Shown piece after piece: positions 51,054 to 59,882 of a stretch of 64,000 bases of DNA. The notes beneath the pieces were generated by a model. It was not told where the DNA came from. It did no database searches and saw nothing but the letters and a program-made list of their open reading frames with translations. The DNA lies in NCBI GenBank assembly GCA_002869185.1, contig PKTN01000010.1, positions 105,274-169,273 on the forward strand. The letters are read 5' to 3'. The translations under genes and the position numbers were made by a program. Positions within the stretch are counted from its first letter, which is position 1. The number at the start of each line of letters is the position of its first letter. The DNA comes from Denitrovibrio sp. (GTDB taxonomy: Bacteria > Chrysiogenota > Deferribacteres > Deferribacterales > Geovibrionaceae).

Positions 51054-51956
51054 ATGAATATTGATAAAGCTGTAGCCGTCTTTCTGAAGTTTATGCATCA
51101 GGAGAAGGGCGCTTCAGAACACACAATCAAAAATTACTCCCGTGATCTAGCTGATCTTTGCACATATCTGGAAGAATCGAAGATAGAGAATATTGAGGAT
51201 GTAGACTTTTTTACCCTACGTGGTTTTGTGGCTATGCTCTTTGATAAGGGGCTTGCAAAATCTACCATAGAAAGAAAGATTGCCTGTCTTAAATCTTGCT
51301 TTGCCTATATGCAAAAGAAGAATCGAATGGACGATAACCCAGCTAGAATGCTGAAGTTTCCTAAGAAGGAGCAGAAGGCCTTTAAGGTTTTCAACATAGA
51401 TAGTGTGATAGCGCTCCTCGATGCACCTGATAAGGCTGACGCTGCTGGAATGCGTGATGCTTTACTATTAGAGCTGATGTATGGCACGGGTGTACGAGTG
51501 AGTGAGCTTGTTGGGCTAAACGTTTCAGATGTTGATTTTGGTGGGATGCGTATACTTGTACGTGGTAAAGGGAAGAAAGAACGTATAGTCCCTGTGGCTG
51601 ATATGCATATTAGTATGATAAATGATTATATTGATATGAAGCAGGATATCTGTAACGGATATTTAGCTGACCACGAGGTTTTGTTTATTAATAAATATGG
51701 AGATAGGCTCACAGATCGGTCAGTTAGGCGCATCGTTGAAAAGTATTTGAAAATTGCTGGATTACCGATAGATTTTTCACCACACTCATTTAGGCATTCG
51801 TATGCTACGCATCTTCTTGAGGGTGGGGCTGACCTTCGAACTATTCAACAGCTTTTGGGGCATGAATCACTTACCACTACTCAGAAATATACACATATGA
51901 ACTTAACCGAGCTACTTCGAGTTTATGATCAGGCACATCCAAAAGCTAAAGGTTAG
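51054..51956 (+). CDS. Tyrosine site-specific recombinase, XerC/XerD family
   Basis: Motifs GVRVSELVGL, HSFRHSYATHLLEGGADLRTIQQLLGH and QKYTH. Confidence 0.85.
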   Translation: MNIDKAVAVFLKFMHQEKGASEHTIKNYSRDLADLCTYLEESKIENIEDVDFFTLRGFVAMLFDKGLAKSTIERKIACLKSCFAYMQKKNRMDDNPARMLKFPKKEQKAFKVFNIDSVIALLDAPDKADAAGMRDALLLELMYGTGVRVSELVGLNVSDVDFGGMRILVRGKGKKERIVPVADMHISMINDYIDMKQDICNGYLADHEVLFINKYGDRLTDRSVRRIVEKYLKIAGLPIDFSPHSFRHSYATHLLEGGADLRTIQQLLGHESLTTTQKYTHMNLTELLRVYDQAHPKAKG

Positions 51957-52018
51957 CATCCTCTATTATATGTAATCAACATGCTGCACACTCATAGTTG
52001 AACTCAGAAAGAAAAAAA

Positions 52019-52654
52019 TTATTTTTCTACGTCTGCAATAACTTCAAACTCACCCGTTTCTAAGTTGAAATTATAAACTTAGCCAGTACCTATAATGTAA
52101 TACCAACCGTAAAGATTAATCTTTCCTTCGTCGTACCTTTTTCTAATGTATGGATAGCTGAGCAGGTTAGACATCTGCTTAACGATATTTAGCTGTTCTG
52201 TGATCCACTCTCTATGTGCTTTGTCTGCATCTGGGTGTTTAAGTAGGACTTCGTTCTTTACACTTTGAGCTTGCTCAAGCCAGTGGGCAACGTTTGGAAG
52301 CTGCGCAATTTCTTGTTCTTCAAAATACAAGGCAGCGCATCCACCGCAGTTTGAATGACCACAAACTACAATATTCTCAACCTCAAGAGCGTTGACAGCA
52401 TATTCGATAGCTGATGTCGTCGAAGCGTATTCAGCGGATATACGATATGGTGGGACGATGTTTGCAATATTGCGAACGACAAAAAGCTCACCTGGCAGAG
52501 TCTTAGTTATAAGACCAGGAACAACCCTTGAATCTGAACAACCGATAAATAGTGTGTGTGGTGCCTGTTCTCTGTCTAGTGATTCAAATAATTTCTTATT
52601 CTTTTCAAAACTCGTTTCACGAAATTTTATAGTTCCAGTAAATAACTTATCCAT
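52019..52654 (-). pseudogene. Beta-class carbonic anhydrase, interrupted by an in-frame TAA at 52079-52081
   Basis: Motifs CSDSRV and GHSNCGG. The frame continues ...LYGWYYIIGTG-TAA-VYNFNLETGEFEVIADVEK, resembling the CynT-type C-terminus [25 protein letters not shown]. Confidence 0.78.
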
Positions 52655-52703
52655 AGTGAACTCCAAAACATAAACAAAAACTGTTCTATAATTACTATAC
52701 CAC

Positions 52704-52739
52704 AAAAAAAAGGCCGAAGTATATAATAACTTCGACCTT
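52704..52739 (-). terminator. Rho-independent terminator after pckA
   Basis: The minus-strand RNA reads AAGGUCGAAGU-loop-ACUUCGGCCUU followed by a U-run of 8. Confidence 0.75.
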
Positions 52740-52761
52740 AATTTAGTAATTTATTTAATTA

Positions 52762-54351
52762 TTAAACTCTTGGACCACCAGCGATGATTTCAGCGTCAGT
52801 ACCTTCTTCATATTTTTTGAAGTTAGCTTTGAAGTCTTGAGCAAGTTGTGTCAGCTGAGCTTTGTAAGCAGCAGCGTCGCCCCAGCTCTCTTCAGGGTGG
52901 ATAACATCTGATGGGATGTTGCCGAGAGTTTTAGGAATACCGAATCCAAAGATTTCGTCTTCTACGAATTCTGATTTGTCGATATCACCGTTAAGGATTG
53001 ATGTGATTATTTCACGTGTGTGGCTGATCTTAAACCTAGAACCAACACCGTGAGGACCGCCTGTTAGACCAGTGTTTACAAGGTAGCAAGTTACGTTGTT
53101 TTTAACGATTTTGTCACCGAGCAGTTTTGCATAAACAGATGGATGCCAAACCATGAAAGGCTCACCGAAACATGATGAGAACACAGCTTTAGGCTCTGTA
53201 ACACCCTTTTCAGTACCTGCAACCTTCGCTGTGTAACCAGAGATAAAGTGGTACATAGCTTGTGGTACAGTAAGTTTTGATACAGGAGGTAGAACACCAA
53301 AAGCGTCATATGTAAGGAATATGATATTTTTAGGAAGTCCACCTTTACCTGATGGTTCGATGTTTTCTATAGACTCAAGAGGGTATGAAGCTCTTGTGTT
53401 TTCTGTAATGCTGTCGTCGTCTAGGTCACAGTTACGCTCTGCATCCATTACAACATTTTCGAGGATAGTTCCGTGCATTTGTGTTGTCTTGAAGATATCA
53501 GGCTCCATCTCTTTAGAGAGGTTGATAACTTTTGCGTAGCAACCGCCTTCGATGTTGAAAACACCCTTATCGTCCCAACCGTGCTCGTCGTCACCGATAA
53601 GCGCTCTGTCTTGATCAGTTGAAAGTGTAGTTTTACCTGTTCCTGAAAGACCGAAGAAGAGAGCAACGTCCCCTTCTTTACCTATGTTAGCAGAACAGTG
53701 CATAGACATAATATCTTGTTTAGGGAGGAGGTAGTTCATAACAGTGAAGATAGATTTCTTCATTTCGCCTGCGTAGCATGTTCCACCGATGATAACTATC
53801 TTTTTAGCGAAGTTAAGGATAACAAAGTTTTCGCTGTTGATACCGTCAATCTCAGGATCCCCTTTGAAATCAGGACAACATAAGATAGTGAAGTCAGCTG
53901 TGAAGTTTTCGAGTTTAGCTGCATCTGGTTCTTGGATGAACATGTTTCTTATGAAAAGGTTTTGCCATGCGTATGTGTTAATAGCACGAACTTTGATTCT
54001 TGATGCTTCGTCAGCACCAGCGTAGCACTCTTGAACGTAAACGTCCTTTTGTTGGAGGTATGCACAGAGTTTGTTATATAGAGCGTCGAATTTTTCTTGA
54101 CTGATAGGAACGTTACCTTTAGACCAGTTAACGTCATTTTTTGTAGAGTCTTCTTCAACGATGAATTTATCGTTAGGTGAACGACCAGTTACAGCGCCTG
54201 TAAGGCAAACCATTGATCCGCCCTTTGCCAATTGACCTTCGTTATTATTGAGAATCTCTTCATAAAGCTCTGGAGCTGTAAGATTTTTTTTGATCTCGCC
54301 TAGGTTTTTGAGACCGTAAACCTCTAGGCCTTTAAGTTCATTATTGCTCAC
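52762..54351 (-). CDS. pckA: Phosphoenolpyruvate carboxykinase (ATP)
   Basis: Kinase-1a motif GLSGTGKTT and GDDEHGW. GTG start follows GGAGGA. Confidence 0.92.
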   Translation of the reverse strand: MSNNELKGLEVYGLKNLGEIKKNLTAPELYEEILNNNEGQLAKGGSMVCLTGAVTGRSPNDKFIVEEDSTKNDVNWSKGNVPISQEKFDALYNKLCAYLQQKDVYVQECYAGADEASRIKVRAINTYAWQNLFIRNMFIQEPDAAKLENFTADFTILCCPDFKGDPEIDGINSENFVILNFAKKIVIIGGTCYAGEMKKSIFTVMNYLLPKQDIMSMHCSANIGKEGDVALFFGLSGTGKTTLSTDQDRALIGDDEHGWDDKGVFNIEGGCYAKVINLSKEMEPDIFKTTQMHGTILENVVMDAERNCDLDDDSITENTRASYPLESIENIEPSGKGGLPKNIIFLTYDAFGVLPPVSKLTVPQAMYHFISGYTAKVAGTEKGVTEPKAVFSSCFGEPFMVWHPSVYAKLLGDKIVKNNVTCYLVNTGLTGGPHGVGSRFKISHTREIITSILNGDIDKSEFVEDEIFGFGIPKTLGNIPSDVIHPEESWGDAAAYKAQLTQLAQDFKANFKKYEEGTDAEIIAGGPRV

Positions 54352-54808
54352 TCTGTCCTCCTGAATATGTTATGGATATTAAAATAGTTTTGCAAACTTT
54401 AGGGGGAGTGTACTTTAATATGGTGGTATGTTCAAGCATAAATTTAACTAACAAATGGTCTTAATCCCTTTTCTGATACAGGTTTGAGTGTAATAAGCGT
54501 TATTAGTTTTTCCGATACTGAACATATGAGCATTAAAGTAAACTATAGCTTTTCTATTGATTACAATAAGTTAAAATGACTAAAAAGATACTTTGTAATA
54601 CTAATTAACATTTATAAATTATTTATAATAATATTGTAGACTAATTATACGAGTACTATGCTTTTCATATTAAATTTACTAAATATTTATAATCTTTTAT
54701 TGAAAATTAAATAGTCTAGATAAAATCTATAAAGAGACAAAAAAGGTCTTTAAGTTGATTAGGTACTGAACTATCATATAAATAGATTTTTATTGAAAGC
54801 CTTATTTA

Positions 54809-55057
54809 TTGGAGGTAGTCATGGCATATGCAATTTCTGCATGTGGGGGATCTGGCTCAGGGGCAAATGTTTATAGTGACGAAGGTACTTACGAGGCTTC
54901 TGTAGATAGTGACGGAAACGCAGTGCCTCTTATTCTTACAAGCGACTCAGAGGGGCGTGCAACTGTTACTTCCCTGTCATCGGGTAACGTCTATACTGTT
55001 CAGACTGTGGATTTGGATGGCAACCCTGTTGGTGATATTACACTTGGTTTTTTATAA
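54809..55057 (+). CDS. Small putative lipoprotein fragment (possibly the N-terminal part of the downstream DUF1566 gene)
   Basis: AISAC lipobox-like sequence near the N-terminus. Ends at TAA 55055-55057. The same frame stays open for 45 more codons. Confidence 0.3.
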   Translation: MEVVMAYAISACGGSGSGANVYSDEGTYEASVDSDGNAVPLILTSDSEGRATVTSLSSGNVYTVQTVDLDGNPVGDITLGFL

Positions 55058-55112
55058 GAGAGTGTGTCAGGAACTTCTGTCGATTTAACTCAGCCTCAGT
55101 CAAGGGTAGCTG

Positions 55113-55529
55113 GTGACGACATCACTGCTGATGATATGGGTATTTTGCAGGTTAGTGATACAGATGAGGAAAAATTTGTCAATTACTACAAATAATCTTA
55201 TGTGGCAGGATTCAGCTATAGTGGCGTCGAATCAGAAGACATGGTCAAACGGCATAAGCTATTGTGAGAATCTGGATTTCGCTAGCCATACGGACTGGAG
55301 GCTCCCAAACGTCAACGAGTATCGCTCAATTATGGACTATACTCAGGCTGATTATCTAAACACTATATTCGAAAATGTGAACGCCACAGGGCAGTACTGG
55401 ACATCAACAACTAAGGCTGCAGATAGTGATTTTGCGTATTCGATATCGATACCTTTTAAAGGAAATCTGGTGGACAGTATAAAAGCTTTGGATAGTTTGG
55501 ACATAAGATGTGTCCGCTCTACAGACTAA
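55113..55529 (+). CDS. DUF1566 (Lcl C-terminal) domain protein; start and N-terminus uncertain
   Basis: Motif NLMWQD...TWSNGISYCENL...HTDWRLPNVNEYRSI. No signal peptide is present in this frame. Confidence 0.55.
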   Translation: MTTSLLMIWVFCRLVIQMRKNLSITTNNLMWQDSAIVASNQKTWSNGISYCENLDFASHTDWRLPNVNEYRSIMDYTQADYLNTIFENVNATGQYWTSTTKAADSDFAYSISIPFKGNLVDSIKALDSLDIRCVRSTD

Positions 55530-55612
55530 ATAATAATGCGGGGTTGTAAAAGACCCCGTTTTTTTTCATATTTCTTGCATTTCTTGTTCCCTACTAATAT
55601 AATCCATCGGAT

Positions 55613-55903
55613 ATGGACACTTTTTTCATAACAGCAGACGATAAACACATTAAAAAAGAGAAAGAGAAGGCTCGTGAACTTCGAAAGAAGGGCTGGTGGA
55701 AAAACAAGCTAGCTGAAGGTGTGTGTCACTATTGTAATGGAAAATTTCCAGCCTCGGAGCTAACTATGGATCATGTAGTTCCTGTCTCCAGAGGCGGATA
55801 CAGCACAAAGGGGAATGTCGTCCCTTGTTGCAAAGAGTGCAACAGTAAGAAAAAGTACCTCTTGCCTATTGAGTGGGAAGAGTACTTAAACGGTAATAAA
55901 TAG
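55613..55903 (+). CDS. Small stand-alone HNH endonuclease
   Basis: Motif CHYCNGKF...DHVVPVSRGG...N..PCCKECNSKK. Confidence 0.75.
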   Translation: MDTFFITADDKHIKKEKEKARELRKKGWWKNKLAEGVCHYCNGKFPASELTMDHVVPVSRGGYSTKGNVVPCCKECNSKKKYLLPIEWEEYLNGNK

Positions 55904-56051
55904 AGATTCTTTTTATCAGCTTCTGCGTTAAAAAATATTCATTTACGAAAGAATAAATTTTATATTTTTAGCCTTGAATCTGAGTAAAAATAATACTCTA
56001 CAGAATAATAAATTGTCATTCAGGATGACGTATAGAAGTTGGAGAATACAT

Positions 56052-58688
56052 ATGACTATGACAGGACATGAGATCAGACAGAAATTTCTGGATTACTTCG
56101 CAAAGAATGGGCATACAATTGTCGGTTCATCATCAATTGTTCCACATGATGACCCTACACTCCTTTTCGCCAATGCGGGTATGAACCAGTTTAAAGATAC
56201 ATTCCTAGGACGTGAGACTCGTGCATATACTAGAGCGACTACAAGCCAAAAGGTTGTACGCGCAGGTGGAAAGCATAACGACCTTGAAAACGTAGGTGTT
56301 ACTTCACGTCACCATACATTCTTTGAGATGCTTGGTAACTTCTCTTTTGGAGACTACTTCAAAGAGGATGCTATAAAATTTGGTTGGGAATTTCTCACCA
56401 AAGAGATGGGGCTCCCAGCTGATAAAATGTTTGTCTCTGTCTATAACGATGACGAAGAGGCTGCGGACATCTGGAGAGATGTTATAGGGCTTGATGCTAA
56501 AGATGTAGAATATAGAGGCGAGAAGGATAACTTCTGGTCTATGGGTGACACAGGTCCTTGTGGTCCTTGTTCTGAGATACATATAGACCAAGGTGTTGAC
56601 ACAGGCTGTCAGGAACCGGGTTGTGATAGAAACTGTGAATGCGACAGACACCTTGAGCTTTGGAATCTTGTTTTCATGCAGTACGATAGAAGCGAAGATG
56701 GTGTCCTTACGCCACTTCCGAAACCTTCTATCGATACAGGTATGGGGCTTGAACGTGTTGCATCTGTTGTGCAGGGCGTTACAAGTAATTACGACACTGA
56801 CCTCTTTCAACCTATCCTTAAATATATTGCAGAGCTTGCTGGTAAAGAGTATGGAGCAGACGAGAAGGATAGCGTTTCTATGAGAGTTATCGCTGACCAT
56901 AGCCGGGCTACAACATTCCTTGTTGGCGACGGTGTTCTTCCTGCAAACGAAGGTCGTGGCTATGTTCTCAGACGTATTATGAGACGTGCTATGAGACACG
57001 GTCGTATGCTTGGTATGGACGGAACATTCTTTTATAAAGTGTGTGAGTTCGTAGTGGATTTTATGAAAGGGCACTACATAGAGCTGGCAGATAAAAAACC
57101 TTTCATAGCAAAGGTTGTAACAAACGAAGAGCAGTCATTCAGTAGAACACTAAATACTGGACTTAAGATTATAGATGAGCTTTTAGAGAAGTACAAAGAC
57201 AGCAAAGTTATTGCTGGTGACGATATCTTTAAGCTTTATGATACATTCGGTTTCCCTGTTGATCTTCTCGCTGATGTGGCAGAGGACAACTGTTATGCTC
57301 TAGACACTGTTGGCTTCGAAGCTGAGATGAAAGAGCAACAAGAGCGTGCGAAAAAATCATGGTCAGGCGGAAGTGGTGAGCAGAAGGTCGCTGACATCTA
57401 CCTTAAACTTGCGAGTAGCATTAAATCAGAATTCATTGGCTATGACGAGCTAAGCGTTGAGTCAGAAGTTATGGCTATTATCAAAGACGACAAAGAGGTA
57501 GACCTAGCTGAAGGTGAGTGCGATATCATACTTGCTAAGACACCTTTCTATGCAGAGGGTGGTGGTCAGGCTGGAGACATTGGTTATATAAAAACAGATA
57601 GTGCTGTCTTTAGAGTGACAGGTACACATAAGTATGGCGAAGGTATGGTCGCAATGAACGGTTGTATAGAGCTTGGCTCTATCAAAAAGGGCGAAGTTGC
57701 AAAGGCTGAGGTAGATAAGACAGCTAGAAATGCAACTGAGAAGAACCACACTGCTACGCACCTTCTTCATAAAGGACTGCAAATGGTACTTGGCGATCAC
57801 GTTCGTCAGGCTGGTTCACAAGTTAACCCTGAGAGACTTAGATTCGACTTTAACCACTATGCGCCAGTGTCAGCTGAAGAGATAGCTCTTATTGAGCAAA
57901 TTGTTAATGAATCTATCCAAGAAAATATAGCTCTTAGAAAGAGCTTGATGAATATTGACGACGCTGTTAAGGCTGGTGCTATGGCTCTCTTCGGTGAGAA
58001 GTATGGTAGCGAAGTTCGCGTTGTTGAAGTTGGCGATTTCAGTAAGGAGCTTTGTGGTGGTTGCCACGTTGAGCGTACTGGAGATATCGGACTTGTTAAG
58101 GTCGTGAGCGAAGCTTCTGTAGCTTCTGGTGTTCGTAGGATCGAGGCTGTGACTGGGATGGTCGCTGTTGCTGGTCTCCAAAAAGCTGATGCACTTATCA
58201 AAGATGGTGCAAGACTCCTTAAAACTACTCCAGATGCACTCTATGAGCGTATGGAAGAGCTGACCGATAGCCTTCGTGAAAAGGAAAGAGAATTAAAGAA
58301 ACTTGCTGATCAGGCAGCATCGAAAGAAGCGGCTGGTCTTATGGATGATGTTCAGGAAGTTAACGGTATAAAGGTACTCGCAGTTAAGATGTCTAATGCA
58401 GATGTCGACGCTATGCGTACATTTGTGGATACTGCTAGAGACAAGATAGGAAGCGGTGTTGTTGTTGTTGGTGCTGAAACAGACGGAAAAGTTCTCTTTG
58501 TCTGTGGTGTTACCAAAGATACTATCGGCAAGGTGAAAGCTGGAGATATCGTTCGTGATGTTGCGAAGATTGCTGGCGGTGGCGGTGGTGGTAGACCTGA
58601 TATGGCTCAGGCTGGTGGAAAGCACCCAGAGAAACTTGACGAGGCTATAGCTAGCGTTGTGAAGATAGTGGACGGTCTTAGTGGTTAA
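56052..58688 (+). CDS. alaS: Alanine-tRNA ligase
   Basis: Motifs FANAGMNQFK and HHTFFEMLGNFSFGDYFK, editing-domain HTATHLL, and C-terminal GGGGGRPDMAQAGG. ATG at 56052 follows GGAG. Confidence 0.93.
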   Translation: MTMTGHEIRQKFLDYFAKNGHTIVGSSSIVPHDDPTLLFANAGMNQFKDTFLGRETRAYTRATTSQKVVRAGGKHNDLENVGVTSRHHTFFEMLGNFSFGDYFKEDAIKFGWEFLTKEMGLPADKMFVSVYNDDEEAADIWRDVIGLDAKDVEYRGEKDNFWSMGDTGPCGPCSEIHIDQGVDTGCQEPGCDRNCECDRHLELWNLVFMQYDRSEDGVLTPLPKPSIDTGMGLERVASVVQGVTSNYDTDLFQPILKYIAELAGKEYGADEKDSVSMRVIADHSRATTFLVGDGVLPANEGRGYVLRRIMRRAMRHGRMLGMDGTFFYKVCEFVVDFMKGHYIELADKKPFIAKVVTNEEQSFSRTLNTGLKIIDELLEKYKDSKVIAGDDIFKLYDTFGFPVDLLADVAEDNCYALDTVGFEAEMKEQQERAKKSWSGGSGEQKVADIYLKLASSIKSEFIGYDELSVESEVMAIIKDDKEVDLAEGECDIILAKTPFYAEGGGQAGDIGYIKTDSAVFRVTGTHKYGEGMVAMNGCIELGSIKKGEVAKAEVDKTARNATEKNHTATHLLHKGLQMVLGDHVRQAGSQVNPERLRFDFNHYAPVSAEEIALIEQIVNESIQENIALRKSLMNIDDAVKAGAMALFGEKYGSEVRVVEVGDFSKELCGGCHVERTGDIGLVKVVSEASVASGVRRIEAVTGMVAVAGLQKADALIKDGARLLKTTPDALYERMEELTDSLREKERELKKLADQAASKEAAGLMDDVQEVNGIKVLAVKMSNADVDAMRTFVDTARDKIGSGVVVVGAETDGKVLFVCGVTKDTIGKVKAGDIVRDVAKIAGGGGGGRPDMAQAGGKHPEKLDEAIASVVKIVDGLSG

Positions 58689-59244
58689 ACACTGCACAGC
58701 TGATTTTATAGAACAAAAACTGAATAATTATAAACGAAAAGAGATGGCGGCTACTAAACGTGTGGCCGCCGTTTTATTGCCCATAGTTAAGGGTGAGAAT
58801 GAGTGCTCTGTGATCTTTACTAAAAGGGTCAGAGATCTGAATCACCACGGAGGGGAGGTCTCTTTCCCCGGTGGAACTATGGATCCAGATGATAAAAGCC
58901 TTGTTTTTACTGCGCTTCGTGAGACGCACGAAGAGATAGGTGTTAAGCCTGATAATGTGAGGGTTCTTGGCGTTATGGATGATGAGCTCTCAAGGTGGGG
59001 ACACAGGGTCACTCCTGTAGTTGGTTTAATAGAAAAAGCTGATTTTAAACTCCAAGAAACAGAGGTTGATAGGCTATATCAGGTTCCTGTTTCACATCTT
59101 CTAAACCCAAATATCTACTATAGTGAAACTTGGACAAGAGATACTGAGACAAGAGAAGTACATTTTTATCGCTACAAGAATGATATAATCTGGGGTTTGA
59201 CAGCTCGTATCTTAAAAGATTTTTTAGATTACATGGTTAGTTAA
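58681..59244 (+). CDS. NUDIX hydrolase, CoA pyrophosphatase-like
   Basis: Nudix box FPGGTMDPDDKSLVFTALRETHEEIGV. The start is uncertain: GTG 58681 overlaps the alaS stop, or ATG 58744. Confidence 0.6.
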   Translation: MVKHCTADFIEQKLNNYKRKEMAATKRVAAVLLPIVKGENECSVIFTKRVRDLNHHGGEVSFPGGTMDPDDKSLVFTALRETHEEIGVKPDNVRVLGVMDDELSRWGHRVTPVVGLIEKADFKLQETEVDRLYQVPVSHLLNPNIYYSETWTRDTETREVHFYRYKNDIIWGLTARILKDFLDYMVS

Positions 59245-59326
59245 AAGCAAAATATATATGTAGTCTTTATATAGACATTATTCTTATTTTCGTTTATCCT
59301 ACTTTGAGTAAAGAATCATAAAATAT

Positions 59327-59806
59327 ATGGAGGCTTTGGTGAAAGCAGAATTTGTAAACCCCTTCATTGCATCAACAATAAATGTATTTGAGACCATGAC
59401 TGGACTTAGCCCTGTAAAAGGTGATTTATATATAAAATCAGACCAAAACCTGCAGTATGACGTTTCTGCTGTTATAGGTATCGTAGGTGACGTCGTTGGT
59501 TATTGTTCTGTTAGTCTTCCTGAAGGTCTAGCTAAACGTGTCGCTTCTATCTTTCTCATGGAAGAGATCGAAGAGATTAATACTGATGTTGGTGACGCTA
59601 TTGGTGAGCTTATCAATATGATAGCCGGTAGCACAAAGAAGATTTTTACAGATAAGGGTAAGAAATTCAGTATTTCTGTACCTAATGTTATCACTGGTAG
59701 AGGTCACACAATTCAACGTCCAACACATATCATTTGTGTTGGTGTCAAATTCACACTAGATGATCAATCATTTGTTGTCGAAATAGCTTTGAAAGAAAAA
59801 AAATAA
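59327..59806 (+). CDS. cheX: Chemotaxis CheY-P phosphatase CheX
   Basis: N-terminal AEFVNPFIASTINVFETM and GELINMIAG motif. GTG at 59339 follows GGAGG and may be the true start. Confidence 0.7.
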   Translation: MEALVKAEFVNPFIASTINVFETMTGLSPVKGDLYIKSDQNLQYDVSAVIGIVGDVVGYCSVSLPEGLAKRVASIFLMEEIEEINTDVGDAIGELINMIAGSTKKIFTDKGKKFSISVPNVITGRGHTIQRPTHIICVGVKFTLDDQSFVVEIALKEKK

Positions 59807-59882
59807 GGTATATTATTACTATAGGGTGACAAAAGTTACTTTTATGTAGTTTGCTTTTTTTCAATTCAAAGGGGGAAAAAAT

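Noticed and set aside
51054-51956. The tyrosine recombinase as the integrase of a genomic island or prophage.
   Set aside because: It has full XerC/XerD-type motifs and housekeeping neighbours. There is no flanking tRNA gene, no direct repeats and no phage-like cargo.
82-55529. An alternative genetic code (for example TGA=Gly or Trp, or TAG/TAA reassigned) as the explanation for the internal stops.
   Set aside because: All three stop codons occur internally. All three also terminate neighbouring genes exactly at their conserved C-termini, for example TGA at 7923-7925, TAA at 3196-3198 and TAG at 51954-51956. A reassigned code would not leave those ends intact.
55613-55903. The small HNH endonuclease as part of a restriction or defence system, or a homing element.
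   Set aside because: There is no methyltransferase, helicase or other partner gene. It sits between a DUF1566 gene and alaS, with no intein or intron context.
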